From: Bacillota bacterium
GTDB taxonomy: Bacteria > Bacillota > Clostridia > Christensenellales > SZUA-584
DNA: 64,000 nucleotides
NCBI GenBank assembly: GCA_023416745.1
Contig: JAEZHF010000020.1
Span: 1,606 to 65,605 of the forward strand
Direction of reading: 5' to 3'
Under the pieces are notes generated by a model. The model was not told the DNA's origin. It ran no database searches and saw nothing but the letters and a program-made list of their open reading frames with translations. Shown here in pieces: positions 47,381 through 55,308 of this stretch (within the stretch, counting starts at the first letter, position 1; each line of letters begins with the position of its first letter). Position numbers and translations under genes: made by a program.

Positions 47381-47431
47381 ACAGCCAAACCAAACCAACT
47401 ATAATAAACGAAAATTTGGAGGATAATAATC

Positions 47432-47806
47432 ATGAGCCATCAGGAAATTTTAGAAGCCATTGAGAAAATGAGTGTCCTTGAGCTGTCTGAGCTCATCAAA
47501 GCGATCGAAGACAAATTCGGCGTCTCCGCTGCCGCTCCCGTAGCCATGGCCGCTGCCGGCCCCGCTGCTGCTGCCGCTCCCGTTGAAGAAGAAAAGACCG
47601 AATTCGACGTAACACTGAAGGATGTCGGTCCCGAAAAGATTAAGGTTATCAAGGTCGTCCGCGAGCTGACTGGCCTTGGCCTCAAGGAAGCCAAAGACGT
47701 GGTTGACGGCGCTCCCAGCACCGTTAAAGAAGGCGTGCCGAAGGATGAAGCTGAAGGCATTGTGGCGAAGCTCAAAGAAGTCGGCGCAACAGCTGAAATC
47801 AAATAA
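47432..47806 (+). CDS. rplL: 50S ribosomal protein L7/L12
   Basis: '[26 protein letters not shown]', Ala-rich hinge, '[25 protein letters not shown]'. Confidence 0.97.
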   Translation: MSHQEILEAIEKMSVLELSELIKAIEDKFGVSAAAPVAMAAAGPAAAAAPVEEEKTEFDVTLKDVGPEKIKVIKVVRELTGLGLKEAKDVVDGAPSTVKEGVPKDEAEGIVAKLKEVGATAEIK

Positions 47807-47824
47807 GTTTTTCGCAGCAGTCTT

Positions 47825-47866
47825 AAAGACCTTCTTGGGTTATTCCTCGGAAGGTCTTTTTATTTG
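47825..47866 (+). terminator. intrinsic terminator after rplL
   Basis: AAAGACCTTC...GAAGGTCTTT 10-bp stem followed by TTATTT. Confidence 0.75.
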
Positions 47867-47939
47867 ACATATCACACCGGATGTTATGTTGCTCACGATA
47901 TCTCCTTTGTGTTACTATTGTAAAAAAAGAGGATGTCAT

Positions 47940-48509
47940 ATGATAAACCTGAGTATAAAAAGGCTGGAACCCAAGCTCCTCTCACATTTTTTTGACCTTT
48001 TTGAGCACCGTGCATTCAGCGATAATCCGGACTGGTCAGGCTGTTACTGCGTGTTTAACCACTTTTGCGGAAGCGATGGCGAGTGGATAAGCCGTACTGC
48101 GGCTGATAATCGCGCTATGGCATCCGATATGATCAGCAAAGGCACCATGCGCGGTTATCTGGCTTATGACGGCAACCTGCCGATCGGTTGGTGCAATGCC
48201 GGTGCTAAGGATTCATACGGGCGACTCAAACGCATGGTTCCCAACGATGATGGCAGCATAAAAATATGTGCCATAACCTGCTTTGTAATTGCGCCGGAAT
48301 ACCGCCGCAAGGGAGTCGCACGCGCATTACTGGACTATGCAGCCATTGATCTGAAAGCTCAAGGTTATACTATCTTCGAGGCCTACCCTTCCCACTCGGA
48401 TGGTTCCTGTGCAGCACATTATCACGGATATCCGGCCATGTTTGATGCGGCCGGTTTCACAGAATACATGATGCTGGATGACTTTGTCTGTATGCGAAAG
48501 CTGCTTTAA
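47940..48509 (+). CDS. GNAT family N-acetyltransferase
   Basis: 'ITCFVIAPEYRRKGVARALLDYAAIDLKAQGY' acetyl-CoA-binding motif. Start at MINLS after AGAGGA. Confidence 0.75.
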   Translation: MINLSIKRLEPKLLSHFFDLFEHRAFSDNPDWSGCYCVFNHFCGSDGEWISRTAADNRAMASDMISKGTMRGYLAYDGNLPIGWCNAGAKDSYGRLKRMVPNDDGSIKICAITCFVIAPEYRRKGVARALLDYAAIDLKAQGYTIFEAYPSHSDGSCAAHYHGYPAMFDAAGFTEYMMLDDFVCMRKLL

Positions 48510-48522
48510 AGGGAGGTTCAAA

Positions 48523-49005
48523 ATGTCCCCACAGAAAAAAACCGCCTGTCACGCTAAAACACCGTTGGGCGTCGTTACTGCGCTGTATGAAGACGGCGTG
48601 ATCCGCCGCGTGCTTTTTCCCGACGAAGCGGCGGGCGCAGGTTATCTGACCGACGATACTCTCCCCTTCGCGTTGCAGATGGCCGAATACTTTGCCGGTA
48701 AACGGCGCTCGTTCGACCTGCCGTTGTTTCTGCCCGGCACACCGTTTCGTCAGGCTGTGTACCAGTCCACGATACGCATCCCCTACGGCGCGACAGCCAC
48801 CTACGGTGAGCTGGCGCTGGCCGCGGGGTTCCCGCTCGCAATGCGGGCCGTGGGCACCTCAATGAAGCTGAACCCGCTGCCGATACTTGTTCCCTGTCAT
48901 CGGGTTATCCACAAGGCGTCAGGCCGCGCAGCTTACGGCGGCGGACTGCACGTCAAGAACTTCCTCCTCGAACTGGAAGCGCGCAACGCGGGAATAAAGC
49001 TGTAG
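48523..49005 (+). CDS. ogt: methylated-DNA--protein-cysteine methyltransferase
   Basis: Active site 'LVPCHRVI'; 'IPYGATATYGELA'. AAGGGAGG RBS. Confidence 0.9.
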   Translation: MSPQKKTACHAKTPLGVVTALYEDGVIRRVLFPDEAAGAGYLTDDTLPFALQMAEYFAGKRRSFDLPLFLPGTPFRQAVYQSTIRIPYGATATYGELALAAGFPLAMRAVGTSMKLNPLPILVPCHRVIHKASGRAAYGGGLHVKNFLLELEARNAGIKL

Positions 49006-49047
49006 TATTCGTCCGTCAATAAAACTTCACACCCGCTAACTTTCCTG

Positions 49048-49076
49048 TTGCTTTATCGCTGTCCCGATGATAGAAT
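49048..49076 (+). promoter_or_regulatory. candidate sigma-A promoter for zupT
   Basis: TTGCTT-17 nt-TAGAAT, about 30 nt before the ATG. Confidence 0.45.
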
Positions 49077-49107
49077 GTGCGTGTATTTTTAGGGGGCAGA
49101 GCTAAAT

Positions 49108-49953
49108 ATGTTGAGTTTCGACTTGCGCACCGTGCTTATGGCATTCGGGCTGACGCTTTTCGCAGGGCTTTCCACCGGCATCGGCAGCCTTATCGCGCTG
49201 CTGGCCAAACGGACAAATACCCGCTTTTTGTCCGTCGTGCTCGGTTTCTCCGCGGGTGTGATGATCTACGTGTCCATGATCGATATATTCGCTGAATCCA
49301 ATCGGCTGCTTACCGAAACATTGGGTGACCCGAACGGAACATGGGTCACTGTCGCGGGCTTTTTCGGCGGCATACTGCTGATTGCACTTATCGACAAGTT
49401 TGTTCCCGCAGCGGACAACCCGCATGAGATGCGCAAGGTGGAGTGCATGACCGGCAGTGCCGTCGAACTTTGCGAGGTTCAGAACTGCCCGCAGCATCAG
49501 GGCAAGCTGATGCGCCTTGGCATCTTCACCGCATTGGCGATCGGCATACACAACTTTCCCGAAGGTATCGCCACCTTTGTCTCCGGCTTAAAGGACCCCT
49601 CTCTCGGTATCACCATCGCCATCGCTGTCGCCATCCACAACATTCCGGAAGGCATCGCTGTCTCAGTGCCGATATATTATGCCACCGGCAGTCACCGCAA
49701 GGCATTCCGCTGGTCACTGCTGTCCGGCCTGTCCGAGCCTTTGGGCGCGCTTGTTGCTTTTCTGATACTGATGCCTTTCATGTCAGATGTGGTGTTTGGC
49801 ATAATTTTTGCCTGTGTCGCCGGCATCATGGTGTTCATCTCACTCGATGAAATTCTTCCCACGGCGCGCGCGTATGGAGAACCGCACCTGTCTATTTACG
49901 GTATGGTGGGCGGAATGGCGGTGATGGCGGTCAGCCTGCTGCTGTTTATGTGA
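49108..49953 (+). CDS. zupT: ZIP family zinc transporter ZupT
   Basis: 'IGIHNFPEGIATF' and 'AIHNIPEGIAVS' motifs; 8 TM-like segments. Confidence 0.9.
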   Translation: MLSFDLRTVLMAFGLTLFAGLSTGIGSLIALLAKRTNTRFLSVVLGFSAGVMIYVSMIDIFAESNRLLTETLGDPNGTWVTVAGFFGGILLIALIDKFVPAADNPHEMRKVECMTGSAVELCEVQNCPQHQGKLMRLGIFTALAIGIHNFPEGIATFVSGLKDPSLGITIAIAVAIHNIPEGIAVSVPIYYATGSHRKAFRWSLLSGLSEPLGALVAFLILMPFMSDVVFGIIFACVAGIMVFISLDEILPTARAYGEPHLSIYGMVGGMAVMAVSLLLFM

Positions 49954-50202
49954 AAGCCCATTATCGACTCACATACATGATCATTAACTGCCGGCATTCA
50001 TTTGCCGGTTTATTTGTTTGCAAAATATCCACAAATTATTTTCGGCTATCAGTTTACTTCTCACTGTCATGAGTCTCTATATTTTGATAGTACAATTTTT
50101 GCTGTAAATAATTCTTGGTTTGTGCCGATATATAAATTGTATGCCAAGTTTATGCACGTGCTTGGTGTAACAGAATGGATTCTGAGAAAGAGGCAAGATG
50201 CT

Positions 50203-51279
50203 ATGCCGTGCAGCGTACTGGACAACCTGCTGGAGATATCCAAGCAGCACCATGCAACAGATATGCATATTTGTGTCGGCTCCCACCCGCTGATGCGTGT
50301 GAACGCCAAGCTGGAAGTGATCCCCGGCACGTCTGTATTTTCTGCGGAGGAAGTGGCCGGCATCGTCGGCTCCTGCCTTGACCCTGTGAAGATGGACCGG
50401 CTGACACGCAACAAGGTCGTCGACTTTTCCTATTCACGCAGCGGTTTTGGCCGTTTTCGGTGCAATATCTACAAACAGCGCGGCACATACGCCATCGCAG
50501 TGCGCATGCTGCCGCTCACCATACCGAATTTTTCAGAATTGGGGCTTCCGGACACCGTTCTGCAATTCACAAAAAAGACGACCGGACTTGTATTGCTGAC
50601 CGGCGCGACGGGCTGCGGCAAATCAACCACGCTCGCCAGTATGCTGGACATTATCAACCTGGATTACAACTACCATATACTCACCATTGAGGACCCTGTG
50701 GAATATCTGCACAGTCACGGGCAGAGCCTGGTAACACAACGAGAGATCGGCGAAGACGCCTCCTCGTTTGCATCGGCATTGCGGTCCGCGCTGCGGCAGG
50801 ACCCGGATGTCATCATGGTGGGCGAAATGCGCGACCAGGAGACCATTGCGATCGCGCTGTCGGCGGCGGAGACTGGCCATTTGGTGTTCTCCACGCTGCA
50901 CACCATCGGCTCCGTAAAGACGATAGACCGCATACTGGACTCGTTCCCCACCGACCAGCAGAACCAGATACGCAGCCAATTGGCCACCGTGCTGCAGGGC
51001 ACCATATCTCAGGTGCTGCTGCCCCGCAAGAACGGTGAAGGGCTGGTGGCCGCCTGCGAGGTGATGGTGGTGACACCCGCGGTGCGCAACCTGATCCGCG
51101 AGGGCAAGCATTACCAGATCGGCAACATCATACAGACCGGCAAGGATCAGGGCATGTGTTCGCTGGAGCGCAGCCTCGCCGAGCTGGCCGCGCAAAGCGT
51201 TGTAGACGAAAAAACCGCCAGAATCAAGGCGCAGGATGTGAAGCTGTATGAGCAGTATCTTTCGCTTGCCAAACGATAA
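50203..51279 (+). CDS. pilT: PilT-clade type IV pilus ATPase
   Basis: 'ATDMHICVGSHPLMRV', 'FRCNIYKQRGTYAIAVRMLP', Walker A 'GATGCGKSTT', Asp box 'ILTIEDPVEY', Walker B 'DPDVIMVGEMRD', His box 'TGHLVFSTLHT', PilT signature 'AVRNLIREGK'. The ATG at 50203 lies 9 nt after GAGAAAGAGG; the track ORF starts at 50002 in AT-rich leader. Confidence 0.9.
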   Translation: MPCSVLDNLLEISKQHHATDMHICVGSHPLMRVNAKLEVIPGTSVFSAEEVAGIVGSCLDPVKMDRLTRNKVVDFSYSRSGFGRFRCNIYKQRGTYAIAVRMLPLTIPNFSELGLPDTVLQFTKKTTGLVLLTGATGCGKSTTLASMLDIINLDYNYHILTIEDPVEYLHSHGQSLVTQREIGEDASSFASALRSALRQDPDVIMVGEMRDQETIAIALSAAETGHLVFSTLHTIGSVKTIDRILDSFPTDQQNQIRSQLATVLQGTISQVLLPRKNGEGLVAACEVMVVTPAVRNLIREGKHYQIGNIIQTGKDQGMCSLERSLAELAAQSVVDEKTARIKAQDVKLYEQYLSLAKR

Positions 51280-51291
51280 AGGAGTTCATTC

Positions 51292-52341
51292 ATGAGACAA
51301 GCCCATGAGCTTTCCAGCGCGGACCTGTCGTCACTGTCGAGGCAGTTCGCGCTTGTTGTCGATTCGGATCTGTCGCTGCAGGAAGGCATTGATCTGATCC
51401 GGCAGCAGACCAAATCACGGGCGGCACAGCAGATGCTGCGGCGCGTACAAAAACGAGTCATCGAGGGCTTGGCGCTGTCTGAAGCGTTCGCCGAGGAGCA
51501 GGACTTGCTGCCGGTTTTCTACATACAGATGATAAAGATGGGTGAGCAGAGCGGTAATCTCGTTCGTGTGCTCACGCGCGTGGCCGATTCGTATGATAAG
51601 GACGCGAAGATATCCGCCAAAGTGATGTCCGCTGTCACATACCCCATCATACTCACTGTGCTGATGCTGTGTGTCATCGTGCTGCTGCTGACCGAAGTGC
51701 TGCCCATGTTCGACGATGTACTCTCCTCCCTCGGCGGCGAAATGCCGGGCATCACGCGCACGCTGATGAACATCGGCGATTTCATCAGCAGCTACTTCTA
51801 CATACTGCTGGCGGTGATTGCCGCCTTGATACTGGCTGTCGTGATCATGCGGCAAAGCCAGAAGGGACGTGAACTGCTGGATGCGTTCAAGCTCAAGCTG
51901 CCAATACACCGCGGCATTACGCGCAACATCTGCGGCGTACGCTTTGCCCGTAACCTGGCCATGCTGCTTCGCAGTGGCATTGCCATCGCCACCAGCGTTC
52001 GCATGACCGCCGCCATCGTCATGAACGCGCGCATCGAAGCGCTGATATTGAAGGCGGCCGAGCGCATCGAAAAGGGTGAGACGCTGCGTGAGGCGCTGCT
52101 GTCTCTGGGTCTGTTTCCCGGCCTGCTGCTGCGCATACTGGCGGTGGCGGAGAACACAGGCCATACGGACGACATGCTGGACCGGGCGGCGGATGTGCTG
52201 GAGGAGGAACTGGATGAACGCCTGACTAAGCTGACAACGGTGCTGGAACCGGCACTGATCATCGTGCTGTCCGTCATCATCGGCGTCGTGCTGGTATCCG
52301 TCATATTGCCTGTCACCCGTATTATGAACACGGTGGGATGA
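51292..52341 (+). CDS. GspF/PilC-type platform protein (short, 349 aa)
   Basis: Two T2SSF-like repeats ('IQMIKMGEQSGNLVRVLTRVADSY' and 'LLRILAVAENTGHTDDMLDRAADVLE'), each followed by TM helices. Confidence 0.88.
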   Translation: MRQAHELSSADLSSLSRQFALVVDSDLSLQEGIDLIRQQTKSRAAQQMLRRVQKRVIEGLALSEAFAEEQDLLPVFYIQMIKMGEQSGNLVRVLTRVADSYDKDAKISAKVMSAVTYPIILTVLMLCVIVLLLTEVLPMFDDVLSSLGGEMPGITRTLMNIGDFISSYFYILLAVIAALILAVVIMRQSQKGRELLDAFKLKLPIHRGITRNICGVRFARNLAMLLRSGIAIATSVRMTAAIVMNARIEALILKAAERIEKGETLREALLSLGLFPGLLLRILAVAENTGHTDDMLDRAADVLEEELDERLTKLTTVLEPALIIVLSVIIGVVLVSVILPVTRIMNTVG

Positions 52342-52344
52342 GCC

Positions 52345-52668
52345 ATGAACAAGATGAGCCTGTCCTTCGTTTCCATGCTGGTCTGCCTTGCGATTATGGC
52401 CGCATTGGTGCTGTTCGTCGTTATCAACGTGAGGGAATACGGCAGCGGCTATAACGAAAGAAGACTCGATGAAATACGCGATACAGTAATCAGCAGCGTA
52501 TCCCAGTGTTACGCGCTGGAGGGCGCCTACCCGTCTGACCTTGCGTATCTGGAGGAAAACTACGGACTGATCATGGACAAAAGGCGCTATATCTATCACT
52601 ATGAGATGTTCGCATCCAACATCTTTCCGGATGTGAAGGTTCTCTATCTGAGAGAGACGGGTGATTGA
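52345..52668 (+). CDS. pilin-like protein with degenerate prepilin motif (ComGC-position ORF)
   Basis: 'MNKMS-LSFVSMLVCLAIMAALVLF' aligns to ComGC 'MNEKG-FTLVEMLIVLFIIS' but has Ser at -1 and Ser at +5. 'PSDLAYLEENYGLI' resembles the pilin alpha-beta loop motif. Starts 3 nt after the platform-gene stop. Confidence 0.6.
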   Translation: MNKMSLSFVSMLVCLAIMAALVLFVVINVREYGSGYNERRLDEIRDTVISSVSQCYALEGAYPSDLAYLEENYGLIMDKRRYIYHYEMFASNIFPDVKVLYLRETGD

Positions 52669-53143
52669 CATGCATTCGAGAAGCAAGGCTTTTGCCATTG
52701 AGTCAATCTCCGTGATGCTGGTGCTGATACTGTTCGCCTTCGTCGTTTTTATGCTGATCAGCTCCGGCTCAAAAGCATACGGCAGCATCCTCAGCGGCAA
52801 GGAGACGACCGAGAGTACGCGCGTCGCCTATTCGTATATCAACATGAAGGTGAAGCAGCACGATAAAACTGGCGGCATTGATGTCGAACAAACGACATAC
52901 GGCAGCTCTTTAAAGATTGATATCGAGGAAGGCTACTGTACCTATATATTCTACGCGGAGGGCGGCCTGTACGAGTGCCTGACGCTTGAGGGCATTGAGC
53001 CGTCGGTAGACGCCGGCAACCTCATCACCAAAATCAGTAGCCTCAATATAGAGCGAAACGGTTCTCTGCTCCGTATCCGGTGTACATCCGGGAGCGGCGA
53101 TGACACGCGGTCAGTAGAAGGGGTGGTGAGCCTCAGGACATGA
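52661..53143 (+). CDS. pseudopilin-like protein with atypical N-terminal motif (DUF4860-like?)
   Basis: 'SKAFAIESISVMLVLILFAFVVFML' has the Glu one position off the canonical G/FTLIE. GTG at 52661, or ATG at 52670 which lies 7 nt after GGGTG. Confidence 0.6.
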   Translation: MIDMHSRSKAFAIESISVMLVLILFAFVVFMLISSGSKAYGSILSGKETTESTRVAYSYINMKVKQHDKTGGIDVEQTTYGSSLKIDIEEGYCTYIFYAEGGLYECLTLEGIEPSVDAGNLITKISSLNIERNGSLLRIRCTSGSGDDTRSVEGVVSLRT

Positions 53144-53556
53144 AGATGCACAATCAAAGGGGATTCACGCTGATTGAGGTGATCATATCCATCGCCGCGC
53201 TCGGCATCATATGCGCTGTGCTGCTGAAGCTGTTTGTGCTGGCGGGCGATACCAACCGGCGTGCCGGAGACGTGCAGGAAGCGCAGGTGGCGGTCGCATC
53301 CGCTGCGGAAACATTGGTAAGCAGTGACAGCATGGAAGACGGGCTAATTCTGCTGGGCCTTCCGGTTTCGGAAGGCAGCCTGGACGGCCGGTATACGCTT
53401 GTCAACGGGTCCTTTAATGTCGTGCTGGACATCAGTGAAGCGCCAGGTGACTATCCCGGTGAGCTTTTTGACCTGAACGTTACAGCCGTGAGCGGCGACC
53501 GTGAGCTGGCAGCCATCAAGACGGCAAAATATTACGGAGGCGGTGCGTATGATTAA
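53140..53556 (+). CDS. prepilin-type N-terminal cleavage/methylation domain protein (canonical pilin/pseudopilin)
   Basis: 'MKMHNQRG/FTLIEVIISIAALGIICAVLL'. ATGA overlap with the upstream stop. Confidence 0.85.
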   Translation: MKMHNQRGFTLIEVIISIAALGIICAVLLKLFVLAGDTNRRAGDVQEAQVAVASAAETLVSSDSMEDGLILLGLPVSEGSLDGRYTLVNGSFNVVLDISEAPGDYPGELFDLNVTAVSGDRELAAIKTAKYYGGGAYD

Positions 53557-53974
53557 AAAGCTGATGGCCTCCAATAAGGGTGCGTCATCCGTACTCGTCA
53601 TATTGTTGCTGCTGGTGCTCGTCGTGTTTGGCGTTGCGGCGCTCACCACTGCCTTGTCCGGGCTGCGGCTGGGCCAGAAGGTATCCGACTGGAGCAACGC
53701 CTACTATAGCGCAGAAGGCATCGCAGCGCACTGCTGGGCCGAGGTCGATGCGGCAGTCAGTCAGGCCGGTCAGCAAGATGCTGACGGCTTTGAGCAGGCG
53801 CTGACAGACAAGCTCGCGGAGCTGGACTTCGATACGCAGCTGACCCGCGGCGATAGAGGCTTCAGCATCTCCTATGAGACCTGGGAAGGCGATATCGGTC
53901 TGCACGTGACGCTGGCGCTGGCCATGGACGGCTCGGCACTGCGCCCCGTGGAGTGGTATCAGATTAATCAGTGA
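53549..53974 (+). CDS. PilX_N/ComGG-like minor pseudopilin
   Basis: 'NKGASSVLVILLLLVLVVFGVAALTTA' after a short basic leader. The ATG follows GGAGG and overlaps the upstream gene by 8 nt. Confidence 0.55.
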   Translation: MIKKLMASNKGASSVLVILLLLVLVVFGVAALTTALSGLRLGQKVSDWSNAYYSAEGIAAHCWAEVDAAVSQAGQQDADGFEQALTDKLAELDFDTQLTRGDRGFSISYETWEGDIGLHVTLALAMDGSALRPVEWYQINQ

Positions 53975-54035
53975 CCTGCTCTGGCGGGCAGATATAATAC
54001 TTGACGGAACGAAATACAACCGATGGAACGGTAAT

Positions 54036-54980
54036 ATGAAAACAAAAGCAGCACTTGTCATGCTGACGGTTTGCGTATTGCTTGCATTAGCGGGCTGTAC
54101 CGCCCCCGACAGTGAAATCAAGAATATGCACGAGAACACCGGCGTCGCGCTGGCTGCCGCCGAAACGACGAATGAGGACATCGACGCGCTGTTTGCCGCC
54201 CGTATTCACGGGCCCGCGCTGCCGCCGGACATGGTTCCCTCTGAAGAGATTTGTACGGACTATGTCAGCTCCGGCCTGCTGCGTATCTGCCATACTTCGG
54301 AATCGGACGCACGGCTCAAGCTGCAGGTCTTAAAAGACGGCAACTCCATTGCGTATAATCTGAAAGGCGACGGCAGCATTGAAGACTTTTCATTGCAGTA
54401 TGGCAGCGGCGAGTACACAGCCCGTATCATGCAGAACGTAAAAGAAGATGAGTATTTTGTGGTCACATCCAAAACGTTTGATGTGGCACTGATAAACGAG
54501 GAGGACGTATATCTCAACTCCATACAAAACGTGGACTGGGATTTCGGCAAGAAGCCCATGCAGGACGTGCGCTACATCGTTTCCAATCCGCTGACGGGCT
54601 TTGAAGATGCCAATCTCTTAACGGGCTGCTCGGATGAGCTGTATCAGTACGTTACGGAAAACATCCAGTACGACAGTGCGAAGGTGTTCACGCTGATGTA
54701 CGACTATCTCCCCGATATCGAGGAGACCTATATCGAGGGCAGCGGCATCTGCTACGACTATGCGTCCCTCTTTGCCGCCATGCTGCGCAGCATCGGTATA
54801 CCAGCCAAGCTGGTCAAGGGTTATTCAGCGCAGGATCCGGATGTGTACCACGCCTGGAACGAGGTTTATATCGGCGGGCAGTGGATCGTAGTAGACACCA
54901 CATTGGATGCATCGCTGCCGCAGGGTTCCGTCCCCATGGCAAAAAACGCGCAGGACTATGCCAAGGTATACGAATACTAA
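54036..54980 (+). CDS. lipoprotein with C-terminal transglutaminase-like cysteine protease core
   Basis: Lipobox 'LLALAGC'. 'GSGICYDYASLFAAMLRSIGIPAKLVKGY' (Cys), 'YHAWNEVYIGGQWIVVDTT' (His, Asp). Confidence 0.8.
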   Translation: MKTKAALVMLTVCVLLALAGCTAPDSEIKNMHENTGVALAAAETTNEDIDALFAARIHGPALPPDMVPSEEICTDYVSSGLLRICHTSESDARLKLQVLKDGNSIAYNLKGDGSIEDFSLQYGSGEYTARIMQNVKEDEYFVVTSKTFDVALINEEDVYLNSIQNVDWDFGKKPMQDVRYIVSNPLTGFEDANLLTGCSDELYQYVTENIQYDSAKVFTLMYDYLPDIEETYIEGSGICYDYASLFAAMLRSIGIPAKLVKGYSAQDPDVYHAWNEVYIGGQWIVVDTTLDASLPQGSVPMAKNAQDYAKVYEY

Positions 54981-55027
54981 CCCCCGCCTGATAACAGATA
55001 TTATAATACGTAATCCCGATCCGGCTG

Positions 55028-55060
55028 CTAAATGCAGACCGGATTTTTTTATTCAACTAA
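55028..55060 (+). terminator. intrinsic terminator of the pilus-like operon
   Basis: GATCCGGCTGC-taaat-GCAGaCCGGAT followed by T7. Confidence 0.8.
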
Positions 55061-55308
55061 AAGCCTTCTCCATGGTGCGAAGCATCTTGTTTCACATAAT
55101 ATCCTGAAATCAATGTTGAGCATGCAAAGTCTCGCTCTCTTAACCTGTTTTAAAGTAATTTCTTAAGCAATCGCGTCTGATTTTGTCGGATGCGCATTCC
55201 TTAAGCTTGTCTCTCATACGCTTTAATACGCGCCAGTGAATAAAACACACCGGCAAAGACATACTTAACTCTGTTTCTAAAAAACGATGCGTATTAAGGA
55301 GTTAACTT

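Noticed and set aside
45770-47398. 542-aa ORF on the minus strand spanning rplK-rplA-rplJ.
   Set aside because: It is antisense to three unmistakable ribosomal protein genes and crosses the structured L10 leader. Its product is low-complexity and Arg/Gly/Leu-rich, and it has no RBS. This is a typical shadow ORF of high-GC coding DNA.
50002-50202. 67-codon N-terminal extension of the pilT ORF.
   Set aside because: It lies in AT-rich leader sequence with an aberrant Phe/Tyr/Ile-rich translation. The PilT homology starts at MPCSVLDNLLE, which has a proper RBS.
51415-52800. 461-aa minus-strand ORF opposite the platform and pilin genes.
   Set aside because: It is a shadow ORF antisense to a well-supported GspF-type gene. 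It has His/Gln/Arg-rich composition and no recognisable motifs.
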